Shown piece by piece: positions 26,963 through 35,792 of a stretch of 64,000 nt of DNA (position 1 is the first letter of the stretch; the number at the start of each line of letters is the position of its first letter). The DNA is from an uncultured virus (IMG/VR IMGVR_UViG_3300032677_000014) (Duplodnaviria; Heunggongvirae; Uroviricota; Caudoviricetes). The translations under genes were made by a program, and so were the position numbers. The notes under the pieces are model-generated. The model was not told the origin of the DNA. It saw only the letters and a program-made list of their open reading frames with translations, and made no database searches. The stretch lies in IMG/VR virus record IMGVR_UViG_3300032677_000014; one strand, written 5' to 3'.

Positions 26963-28824
26963 TTTCTTTTAGCAATTAACGCAGCCAAACCACCAGTTGC
27001 ACCGGAGCTAGGGTTTTGTTGTTGATTTTGATAATTTGCATACTGTTGCTTTATATAGGACTGAAACCCAGGATCGTTATAAAACTGTGATGGGTCGTTA
27101 GCCGCTTTTGCTTGGGCAGCAGCAGATTGAGCACCTTGACCTTGGTAAGCATTAGCATCTGGTGCTGATGTGCTGGAAGTTGTTGCTGGAGTTTTTGGAG
27201 CAATCATCGTTGCACCAGCATTAGTTTCATATCTTCCAGACATGGGGTTAAAAAAGAAACTATTTCCAGCCACTCCGCTGCCAGCTTCCAATGCTTTGTT
27301 TGTCATCTGCGGGCCAGTCATTTGTGCGTAGTTTGCTTGACCTGCTGGATTTGCTTGGGCTTCTTGTGAGCCTGCAATAGATTTTTGAATATCAGACAAA
27401 GGAGTGCCGCCTAATGCAGACTTTTCCCAATAACCCATTCCCGGAGCATCTGGATTGCGGTTTAATAGGCTCTGATAGTAGGAATTAATTTGTTGATCTG
27501 CGTAATTTTTATAACTTGATTGATCTGTTGGGCTACCTGTATATTCTTGAGATCCAGTAAATCCTTTTGTTACATCAGCAAGAGATGCGCCACCTTGCAT
27601 AGCTTTATTCCAATAATCGTATCCAGCTTGGTCTGGAGCACGTCCCAAAACATTTTGGTATAGATTTACTAAGTCTTGATTGTAATACTGAGGAGATGTT
27701 GTTCCGCTAGATGTAGTTGCAACAGGATCAGCTGTAGTAGCAGGAGCTGATGTAGTTGTGCCGCCATCTGCATAACCTTTGGCTGGCATAAACTTACTAG
27801 GGTTAATCTGCTTACCTTGTTTTTTAGTGCCAGTACGTGCTTGACGAACCTTATCCATCATAGAATAAAGTTGTTTAGCGCCCGCATCTGTAGAGCCATT
27901 ACCCAAATGTGACACTACATCGGCAGGAACTACGAACTCTCCATCCGCAAGACGTGCAGGTTGATGACCGCCAATAGAAGCTGGTATGTCATCGGACATG
28001 CCGTCACCAGGGCCTTCTAACATACGTCCGCCATCGGAATACGAACCAAGATCAGAGATGCCGCCAGATGCGTAACCTCTTGATGCAAAAGGATTAACGA
28101 TGGTTTGGTCAATATCTTTTTGTACTTCAGTTTCAGCAACGCCACCAGATGCCATTGTTTGTGCTGAGAATGGAGGTACATTTGATGTAGTTCTAAATGG
28201 GGATACGCTTACAGGAGTCTGTGATGCGTTTGCAAATCTATTGGTGGTTACTTGATTTTGAGGATATGTTGCTGTCATTGGCACCATACCACCATTAGCA
28301 AAACTAGTTGGGTATTGAACGCCCTTAGCAGAATATGCATTATAGTGGGCCAATGGGCTATCTGGGGTAGCTCCAATATTGCTTGGAACGCCATATTTGG
28401 GACCAATACCCTGCGTATTTAATAAACCTGTAATTCCTGAAGTTGCTAGTGCAGCATTGGTTGGTGCTCCCATAGCAATATTTTGACCAAAAATGTTTGT
28501 TCCAGCACCAGTTCCTGATGTAACGCCAGACTCTAATCCATTATTAGCCATATTAGATGCGCTACCAGATGCTCCACCTAAAGCACCAGACAATGCGCCG
28601 CCAGCACCACCAATAGCAGCTGTTTGCAATGGGTTTTGGCCTGTTAATGCGCCGCCAACTGCGCCAGTCAAGGCTCCAGTTACTCCAGTAGCCAAGGCAG
28701 CAGAACCCGCAAGAGTGCCACCCTCAAACAACATAGGAGCTAATTCGGGCGCTGCAATACCAGCACCGACCATTATAGCCGTATCCAATAAACTGTTATT
28801 ACCGCCGCCTCCGCCACCGCTCAT
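26959..28824 (-). CDS. internal virion protein with two DUF4214-like repeats
   Basis: GPGDGMSDDIPA..ARLADGEFVVPADVV core; LYQNVLGRAPDQAGYDYW and YYQSLLNRNPDAPGMGYW. Confidence 0.7.
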   Translation of the reverse strand: MSGGGGGGNNSLLDTAIMVGAGIAAPELAPMLFEGGTLAGSAALATGVTGALTGAVGGALTGQNPLQTAAIGGAGGALSGALGGASGSASNMANNGLESGVTSGTGAGTNIFGQNIAMGAPTNAALATSGITGLLNTQGIGPKYGVPSNIGATPDSPLAHYNAYSAKGVQYPTSFANGGMVPMTATYPQNQVTTNRFANASQTPVSVSPFRTTSNVPPFSAQTMASGGVAETEVQKDIDQTIVNPFASRGYASGGISDLGSYSDGGRMLEGPGDGMSDDIPASIGGHQPARLADGEFVVPADVVSHLGNGSTDAGAKQLYSMMDKVRQARTGTKKQGKQINPSKFMPAKGYADGGTTTSAPATTADPVATTSSGTTSPQYYNQDLVNLYQNVLGRAPDQAGYDYWNKAMQGGASLADVTKGFTGSQEYTGSPTDQSSYKNYADQQINSYYQSLLNRNPDAPGMGYWEKSALGGTPLSDIQKSIAGSQEAQANPAGQANYAQMTGPQMTNKALEAGSGVAGNSFFFNPMSGRYETNAGATMIAPKTPATTSSTSAPDANAYQGQGAQSAAAQAKAANDPSQFYNDPGFQSYIKQQYANYQNQQQNPSSGATGGLAALIAKRK

Positions 28825-28870
28825 AAATGCTCCTTTTTGCGTTATATCCGCATTTTTACAATATTATCAT

Positions 28871-29164
28871 TTAAACCGTCGTTCCGCTAGCATTTACCCA
28901 ATTGGTTCCGTTGTACCATATGGGAATGTTAAGGGTTGTATCAAAATAAAACAGCCCAATAGATAACTGTTTTGTAGGACGATCTGTGGTCGCCCCAGAC
29001 AAGGGAATTGAAATTCCTTGGGTAAAAGTATCAATTTGGGAGAAATAAAGCCTTATTGTTTTTAAAATCTGCTCTTGGTAAGATTGTGAATAATCCGATG
29101 GTGCCGTAGGCAGGTTTGGAGACCTTGTCGGAAACTGTATTATATTCTTCGCTGCGGTAGCCAT
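28871..29164 (-). CDS. small tail-associated protein
   Basis: PNLP.AP..Y...IRLYF; G.T.DRP....G.FYFDTTL..PIW; ATG at 29164 overlaps the HEG stop. Confidence 0.65.
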   Translation of the reverse strand: MATAAKNIIQFPTRSPNLPTAPSDYSQSYQEQILKTIRLYFSQIDTFTQGISIPLSGATTDRPTKQLSIGLFYFDTTLNIPIWYNGTNWVNASGTTV

Positions 29165-29784
29165 TATCTGCCCACCCAATGTGTACGCTCTAGCTCTTTA
29201 CGAGCTGCTACAGCTTCTTCTATAGAAACGCAAGCTTTTGAATAGTACTTATTTTTTTTCACTGTAATTTCTGCATACCATTTGCCTTGTCTAAAATGCA
29301 CCCCAGTATGGCCAGATTTTGTAGTTTTTCGAATTTTTACATTTCTTGCTTGTACTGTAGGGGAAGCCCATCTGACATTATTTGGCTCATAATTGCCAGC
29401 AGGATCAATCCTATCTAATGTTTCTGTACCAACTGGCTCACCCATAGCATCTCTAAACGTAGCATAGTCCATCCATGCTGGATAAACGGAAATTCCTTTT
29501 GCGCCATAACGCTTATAGTCTTTATCTTTAGGGTTTGTACATCTGCGAACCATAGCTCTCCAAGAGTTATAGGAAGCATTTTTATAGCCGCCATGTTTAA
29601 AGTTAGGTATAACGCAGCCACAAGACTTGGTATTTCCTGTTATCAAACTACCAGCTACTACATCAATTTCATTGCCACAATCACAACGGCATTTCCATAA
29701 TACTTTTTTAAGAGCATTACGACCGGATTGCTCAACAACTATAAGTTTGCCAAAGCGCTGTCCTGTACGATCTACTAATTTCAT
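29164..29784 (-). CDS. HNH/AP2 homing-endonuclease-like protein
   Basis: GQRFGKL, W.CRCDCG, SCGC, LDRIDP.GNYEP.N.RWA, C-terminal AP2-like GV...GKWYAEI; AAGGAG RBS. Confidence 0.85.
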   Translation of the reverse strand: MKLVDRTGQRFGKLIVVEQSGRNALKKVLWKCRCDCGNEIDVVAGSLITGNTKSCGCVIPNFKHGGYKNASYNSWRAMVRRCTNPKDKDYKRYGAKGISVYPAWMDYATFRDAMGEPVGTETLDRIDPAGNYEPNNVRWASPTVQARNVKIRKTTKSGHTGVHFRQGKWYAEITVKKNKYYSKACVSIEEAVAARKELERTHWVGR

Positions 29785-29848
29785 ATCAAACTCCTTAAAT
29801 AACATTGGAGTTTGTAGTATACATTTTTTTATTGTATCTGTATACATG

Positions 29849-32356
29849 TCAACGTCTGCCATCTGGTCTAATATCAATACGTGGAGAACCAAGTTGCCAA
29901 GCAACCCCTAATTGACCGTCTGAGCTAACTGTAATATTCATCTGGCGACCACGGATTCGGCTCCAAATTTGTTGGGTATATTGCTGAACCGTGTACTGAT
30001 TAATTATGGGGGTATACTTTTGAGCACTAGTTACTGGATCAGTAATAGACTTAGTATATGGTGCACCAGGGTAATTTTTAGGCTCAAACTGGAAATTTAC
30101 TGATGGATAACCAGAATTTGAGCTAGAGAAATTGACGTCTGGAATAATACGCCATACAAATCCAAACCTATCTCCATCCCCAATATCAAAATCAGAAGAT
30201 TGAATATATGAGTTAAATGGTACAGCCGTAGCTGTAGAAGCATCGTCTAGACCATCTTCGTGATAAAGGAGGGTTCCTGTAGCAGTGGAAGTTGAATTGG
30301 TTGGGTATGCTGCTAAAGGATAGGGCTGGGTATGCGAATCAAGCCAATAAGTACGGCTCATAGTTCCGTAATACCAAGTATTTTCTAGATAATTGTAGAT
30401 AACATACTTATCTACTAGAGGTACAGTGTTTGTTTGTGCGGCTGCAGCAACTGCGGCGTTAGACACATAGAACCACCAAACTTCGTTATAGCGCTCATTA
30501 GATCCAGCAACTACTTGGAAACGCTGGTCATAATTAAGATCATCAAAAATATATTGACGCACTGCACAAGGAAGGGTTTGTACTACGCCAGAATAGCTGT
30601 AGAACTTATCGTTACCCATCCAGTAAGCAACGTTATTTACCACAATCGCAGAGTTTGGACCTGTGATTGAGATATTATCCATCATAAGGTTGAATCCCCA
30701 AACATAGGGAGGGCCAACATACTGCATAGAATATAGAGCGGAATCTGTCCAGATAAGAATCTCTTGACGGTTACGCTTGGCTTGCATAATGTATGAGCCG
30801 TTTGTAAGCCTTAATTCACCAGCTTGGTTTGTAATTTGTGGAGTCCATACTAGTGGGTTTTCTTGATCTGACCAACGAACCAGCATAGGATCAAATGTAG
30901 TTGATCCATAAGAGTTGCATCCCATAGCAATTACAAAACGAGATACGTCTGAGACCAATACCTGATTAGTTCCTACAATAGGAACGTCTGTAGTATATGG
31001 AGCTGGGGATGAAACGGACAATTGAACAGCCCTTGGGAAGTTAGAAGTGTCATTTATCCAATAATAAATAGGACCACCACGAGGGGCAATAAGCAAGTTT
31101 TGACCATAGTTATCATTAGTCCACACCCGCATTTGCTCGCCAACTGTATTTCCTGCGCCGTTAGTGGCTTGACCCCATCCTGTGCTTCCTAAGTATCCAG
31201 TAACAGAATAAACGGTGGGGGCTACTGGAGTGCCATTCGTTGGTCTAGTGCCATGATAAACCGCATAAGATTCATTGTATTGATTAACTGTTGCGCCTGA
31301 TAAATGGGTTGCTGCTGTTGTGCCATATGCGCCACGGGTACAGCCAGTTAAAGTATTTGATGAGCTTGTAATGCCTGTATAGGTAATAAATTCGCTATCA
31401 ATTTTAATGGTAGCATAACCACCAGATAGCGGCACAATAAATCCAGAAGTGTTTGCTAATTGGATCGAGGTATCTCCAGTACCAACAGCGGTGGCTGTGG
31501 TGCTTGTTTTATATGTTGCGTTGGGATCTTGATAGGGGGCACCACGAACGCATCCTGTAAAACTTGTTGAAGTCGTACCGCTATAGGTAATAAGTTCAGC
31601 ATCAATAATAATTGTTCCAGAAGTTGGAAATCCAATTGTGCTAGTTACATTAATTGTTGTGGAAGTACTGTTTAACAAGTCTCCGTGAGTCTGCAATCCA
31701 GATGTATAAGTTAGCGTGGTATAAACAGTAGAGGAAACATTGGTTCCGTTCCATGGGCCAGCGCCAAATCCATTACCAGTAGTATAGGCTGGCAAACCAA
31801 CAGCAATCTGATAGTAGGCATTTACTGTGCCACCACCTGATCCATTACCTGTTGGAGTAACACCTGCTGGAAGAGTAATTTGATAGTGCGTAGAGTCAAT
31901 AACATTAGTAATAGTAAACTCTGTATTTAGGCTAGCTGCAGAAATGCCATTAAACCCTGTAGCTCCAGTAAAGCTTACATATTGCCCTGTTGTGCCAGAA
32001 AATCCTGGGTCATAAACTGTAACCAACTGAGATCCAGTGGTTGTGGTAAACGGGTCAGATAGACCTGTAGAAGTATGAATTAACGGGGTAATATCATAAT
32101 ATAGACCACGATTAATGTAATACTTAAGGTGAGTTCCAACACCAATCAGGTTATTGTTATTGAGGTCAATCCAGTTAACCATTGCACGGCATACGCCCTG
32201 ATAATTATATCCAGGGGTAGCTTGATTCCATCCGCCAATCTTTTCGGGATAGCCAGAGCGAAAACGAATCTTATCGCAATCGTACCAGCCACCTTCGTTT
32301 GAATAGTTGGTGCCTTCTCTATTGATACCTGGACGGAACTGTATCTTTTGTAACAT
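29849..32356 (-). CDS. tail nozzle/stabilisation protein (P22 gp10/T7 gp12-like)
   Basis: 835 aa beta-rich; VRWSDQE, ILIWTD, C-terminal RIDIRPDGRR. Confidence 0.7.
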   Translation of the reverse strand: MLQKIQFRPGINREGTNYSNEGGWYDCDKIRFRSGYPEKIGGWNQATPGYNYQGVCRAMVNWIDLNNNNLIGVGTHLKYYINRGLYYDITPLIHTSTGLSDPFTTTTGSQLVTVYDPGFSGTTGQYVSFTGATGFNGISAASLNTEFTITNVIDSTHYQITLPAGVTPTGNGSGGGTVNAYYQIAVGLPAYTTGNGFGAGPWNGTNVSSTVYTTLTYTSGLQTHGDLLNSTSTTINVTSTIGFPTSGTIIIDAELITYSGTTSTSFTGCVRGAPYQDPNATYKTSTTATAVGTGDTSIQLANTSGFIVPLSGGYATIKIDSEFITYTGITSSSNTLTGCTRGAYGTTAATHLSGATVNQYNESYAVYHGTRPTNGTPVAPTVYSVTGYLGSTGWGQATNGAGNTVGEQMRVWTNDNYGQNLLIAPRGGPIYYWINDTSNFPRAVQLSVSSPAPYTTDVPIVGTNQVLVSDVSRFVIAMGCNSYGSTTFDPMLVRWSDQENPLVWTPQITNQAGELRLTNGSYIMQAKRNRQEILIWTDSALYSMQYVGPPYVWGFNLMMDNISITGPNSAIVVNNVAYWMGNDKFYSYSGVVQTLPCAVRQYIFDDLNYDQRFQVVAGSNERYNEVWWFYVSNAAVAAAAQTNTVPLVDKYVIYNYLENTWYYGTMSRTYWLDSHTQPYPLAAYPTNSTSTATGTLLYHEDGLDDASTATAVPFNSYIQSSDFDIGDGDRFGFVWRIIPDVNFSSSNSGYPSVNFQFEPKNYPGAPYTKSITDPVTSAQKYTPIINQYTVQQYTQQIWSRIRGRQMNITVSSDGQLGVAWQLGSPRIDIRPDGRR

Positions 32357-32397
32357 ATATGTTATATTCCTGTTAAGTCATTAACAAGGAGACTATT

Positions 32398-33114
32398 ATG
32401 TTTGTATACGTTTGGAAACACAACGACATCCCTTTTTATGTTGGCATGACAAAATCTGCTGGCAGAGCTAACCCGCTTAATGCTGGTGGGCGTGGTTGGC
32501 TTTGTAAACAAACACTTAAAAAAATTGGACCAAAAAATGTAGTAACTGAGCTTCATACAGTAGACACCATAGAAGAGGCCAAAATATTAGAGCGTAGTTT
32601 AATAGAAAAGCACGGAAGAATACAGCTTGAAACAGGCACTTTAACTAATTTAAAGCCGGGAGGCGATGGATCTCCAGGAATGACTGATGCTGGGAAATTG
32701 GCTACCAGCAAACGGATGAAAGAAAACAATCCCATGTCTAGATCTGAAGTTCGGGCTAAACTAAATGCACGTATGAACGATCCAGATGTAAAGGCTAAAT
32801 TTACTGGAGAAAATAATCCAGCTAAACGTCCTGAAGTTCGTGCAAAAATTAAAGCTAAATGGGCAGATCCAGAATATAAAGCAACTATGATTGCTAATAA
32901 AAAGGGGAAACAAATACACTCCAATGAAAGCAAAGAGGCTCGTAAACAAGCACTTTTAGATCCTAACCATCCAATACATGCTTTTAATAAAACCCTTAAC
33001 TCTGATCCAGAAATTAAAGCCAAACGAGTTGCGGCTTTGCGGTCACCAGAAGTCCAAGCAAAAATATCTGCATCAATGAAGTTGGCATGGGCTAAACGTA
33101 AAGGACTCATATAA
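32398..33114 (+). CDS. GIY-YIG-like homing endonuclease with NUMOD3-like repeats, inverted relative to the operon
   Basis: FVYV....PFYVG, E..LI, LTNL.PGGDG, NPAKRPEVRAKI repeats. Confidence 0.8.
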   Translation: MFVYVWKHNDIPFYVGMTKSAGRANPLNAGGRGWLCKQTLKKIGPKNVVTELHTVDTIEEAKILERSLIEKHGRIQLETGTLTNLKPGGDGSPGMTDAGKLATSKRMKENNPMSRSEVRAKLNARMNDPDVKAKFTGENNPAKRPEVRAKIKAKWADPEYKATMIANKKGKQIHSNESKEARKQALLDPNHPIHAFNKTLNSDPEIKAKRVAALRSPEVQAKISASMKLAWAKRKGLI

Positions 33115-33118
33115 GGGT

Positions 33119-33709
33119 TTACCCTAATATCAATTTGGCGTGTGCAACTTTAGCTTTACGTGCCTCTAGACCGTTAAAGCCCCCATTAATTCTTTTGGTT
33201 ATTGTCTCAATATCTTGAGCATCTGCCAAGTCGTTTAAGCCAGCCCGATTCCAAAACCAGCCTGCAGATAGGGCAGCATAGTGAGGATTTAATAACATAT
33301 CAGGATTATCAACAACAGGAATGCCTATAGCCTTGCCAAAACGCTCATAGTTCTCTTTTCCTGTAAGTTGGAATATGCCCCTACCACGATACTTCCAGCC
33401 ATCACCTTCTTCCGTATTTCCTAGTTTCCCAGCGTAAACTTTATTAGCTATCTTTTCTGGCTGTCTTGCGTATTGCTCTGCCACTTCTGCAGTAGGGAAT
33501 CGACTGGGCCAAATACGCATAAGTCCCATAAGCGAATAATCGAGATCTTCTTCAAGCACTTTAAAATCTTCCGACTCATGCATTGCCTGTCCTAAAAATT
33601 GCGCCTGCCGATTTGTTGTGTTAATGCTGTATCGCTTAAACATATCTGTTAATGGCTGATACCAAGTATTAGGGTTTACCCCTAGCTTATTAAGCTGATC
33701 TGCCGTCAT
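33119..33709 (-). CDS. GH19 endolysin
   Basis: FLGQAMHES, YRGRGIFQLTGKENY, SAGWFW, ITKRINGG. Confidence 0.9.
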   Translation of the reverse strand: MTADQLNKLGVNPNTWYQPLTDMFKRYSINTTNRQAQFLGQAMHESEDFKVLEEDLDYSLMGLMRIWPSRFPTAEVAEQYARQPEKIANKVYAGKLGNTEEGDGWKYRGRGIFQLTGKENYERFGKAIGIPVVDNPDMLLNPHYAALSAGWFWNRAGLNDLADAQDIETITKRINGGFNGLEARKAKVAHAKLILG

Positions 33710-34125
33710 TCAACGCTAGCCTTTTTAACCTCGTTGTACCACTTTTGCCACTCAACTACTTGGAGGGTTGTTTGAGCGCATTGTCCAGCAAGAACGTTGT
33801 AGGCGGCGATTGCGTCAGAGAGCTTGGAGGTTGAGGAAATGCCGGGCACTGTACTGGCACCTGTGTTGCGCACCCCGTTAGCATAATACTGGCGCAAAAG
33901 ACTAAGTTTCGCATCATATTCATCTTGTATTCCTTTAGTTGCTAGTTCGTGTTGCTTCTTGATTGATTCGACTTCCGCTTGTTGTTTTTCTGCTGCGACT
34001 TTAACTTCAGTTTTGTAATTAGAGAAATCGACATCCCGAGTATGCCAGCCATAAGCAAAAGCCCCGAGTACAGCCACAACAAGAATTCCAATTTTGACAT
34101 AGGTGGTAATAGGTAAAGGAAACAT
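33706..34125 (-). CDS. Rz-like inner membrane spanin
   Basis: N-terminal TM, coiled coil, between holin and endolysin. Confidence 0.8.
   Translation of the reverse strand: MFPLPITTYVKIGILVVAVLGAFAYGWHTRDVDFSNYKTEVKVAAEKQQAEVESIKKQHELATKGIQDEYDAKLSLLRQYYANGVRNTGASTVPGISSTSKLSDAIAAYNVLAGQCAQTTLQVVEWQKWYNEVKKASVE
33756..33923 (-). CDS. Rz1-like outer membrane lipoprotein spanin, embedded in Rz
   Basis: MNMMRNLVFCASIMLTG-CATQVPVQCPAFPQPP...; lipobox LTGC, Pro-rich, AAGGA RBS. Confidence 0.85.
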   Translation of the reverse strand: MNMMRNLVFCASIMLTGCATQVPVQCPAFPQPPSSLTQSPPTTFLLDNALKQPSK

Positions 34126-34370
34126 TAAGCCCCCGGTCCTGAGTTATCTTCAGGTTCTGTATTTTGTTTAGCCCAAATAGCCATACCATGTGCTCCAACA
34201 ATAGCGGCTACGCCCATATACATTCTTTCTAAGTCAACCGCCCCTGCGTGAAGAGCGTTATAAATTACTGCCCCAAAAAAACCAAATATCGAGACAAGCA
34301 ATGACCAACGCCCAATGTCATGCGTCTTACCATCTTTACCAGTAAGAAGATCGTTTAATACTTTGTTCAT
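34125..34370 (-). CDS. holin
   Basis: two TM helices, first gene of the lysis cassette. Confidence 0.7.
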   Translation of the reverse strand: MNKVLNDLLTGKDGKTHDIGRWSLLVSIFGFFGAVIYNALHAGAVDLERMYMGVAAIVGAHGMAIWAKQNTEPEDNSGPGA

Positions 34371-35782
34371 TAAGCGCCAACTTTAGCTTCTAAATCTGTT
34401 ACTTTTTTGTTAAGTTCTTGCACTGCTTGCAAAAGCATTGGGACCAAAATTGAATATTTAACGCTTAGCAAATTTTCTACATCTGGAAAAGCTTCATTTG
34501 TAGCTTGTGTTTCGACCAAACCTGGCATAACAGCTTGAACTTCCTGTGCAATTAAACCAAGATATTTATCTGTTCTACCAACTAAATTGTAATTAACAAC
34601 ATTTAATTTTTGTAGGTCTGCTAAATATGAACGGGCAGGAGTAATATTTTCTTTAATACGTGAATCAGAAAAAGCAGTATACGAACCTGAAACGTTTGTA
34701 AAACTACCATTAGTGTTATTAATATTAACAATAGTTCCAGAAGATGTTTGGAATCCAAATACAGAGCCATTGTTATACATAGACGTTGAACTGTTGTATA
34801 GCTGTACTGAGCTACCAAATATACCGCCATATGAAGTACTGCCAGAAGTTCCTGTATAAATATTACTGCCAGAACTAGCGCTTATATTACCCGTAAATGC
34901 TGCTCCACTTAATTGGGCGCCAGTAGTTGTAGTTAATACAGAAGCGCCCCCAATAGTCATTCCAGAAGATGCTGAAACACTAGTAAACGATGGTGAGCTA
35001 CTTATGCTAACAACAGGACTTCCAGTGGTTGGACTAACGCTAATATTGCCAGATCCGCTAACGCTAGAAACTCCAGAAGATGGAGATGCCGCAGTCCACT
35101 GAGAACCATTCCATGTAGCAACCTGACCAGATGTTCCTCCAAGCAATGTTCCAATTGCTCCAGTGCCATTGCCAATAAGAAGCGCATTAGAAGTCAAAGA
35201 TGAAGATCCAGTACCGCCATTTGATGTTGGTAATGTGCCAGATACTTGGCTAGACAATGATACGGTAGAAGTTGTAGTTAAATTTGAAGCGCCACCAGGA
35301 GAGGTAACAAATCCTGCAGTAAATGTAGTAACACCAGTACCGCCACCAGATACAGTTAAAGTGCCAGAGCTTGGAGATTGAATACCTGTGTATACATTAT
35401 TGTTACCGTCACAGAAGATAAGAATGCTATTTCCAGACAAAACTGAATAAGTTGCGCTTGGAGAAGCAGTTTGGAAAACAATTGTTTGTCCAGTATTGTT
35501 TCTAACCAAATATGTTTTTTGAACGTTAGGAACTACTACGGTATTTGCACCTGTAGCAGAACCAGTAATATTTAACACTGCAGAACGGGCTTCATCCACT
35601 GCACCGTTATAAAATGTTAAGGTATAAGTGGATCCAGAAAGACCCGCAAAACTAATTGGGGTTACGCCAGAGATGGCTTGGTCGATCAAAGAAAGGTTAG
35701 TATTGGTAGTATTACCCCACAAACCCGCTTGGTCTCCCGGATTAATCTGTTCAAAACCTAGCGAACTTGTGTAATTAGACAT
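34370..35782 (-). CDS. tail fibre with C-terminal intramolecular chaperone (peptidase S74)
   Basis: FSDSRIKENI...GLIAQEV...PGLV...VKY...LLQAVQEL. Confidence 0.85.
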   Translation of the reverse strand: MSNYTSSLGFEQINPGDQAGLWGNTTNTNLSLIDQAISGVTPISFAGLSGSTYTLTFYNGAVDEARSAVLNITGSATGANTVVVPNVQKTYLVRNNTGQTIVFQTASPSATYSVLSGNSILIFCDGNNNVYTGIQSPSSGTLTVSGGGTGVTTFTAGFVTSPGGASNLTTTSTVSLSSQVSGTLPTSNGGTGSSSLTSNALLIGNGTGAIGTLLGGTSGQVATWNGSQWTAASPSSGVSSVSGSGNISVSPTTGSPVVSISSSPSFTSVSASSGMTIGGASVLTTTTGAQLSGAAFTGNISASSGSNIYTGTSGSTSYGGIFGSSVQLYNSSTSMYNNGSVFGFQTSSGTIVNINNTNGSFTNVSGSYTAFSDSRIKENITPARSYLADLQKLNVVNYNLVGRTDKYLGLIAQEVQAVMPGLVETQATNEAFPDVENLLSVKYSILVPMLLQAVQELNKKVTDLEAKVGA

Positions 35783-35792
35783 TTAATACTCC

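Noticed and set aside
32553..33110. 185-aa minus-strand ORF and other short antisense ORFs (e.g. 28493..28966, 58119..58475)
   Set aside because: Shadow frames of well-supported genes on the opposite strand, without RBS or motifs.
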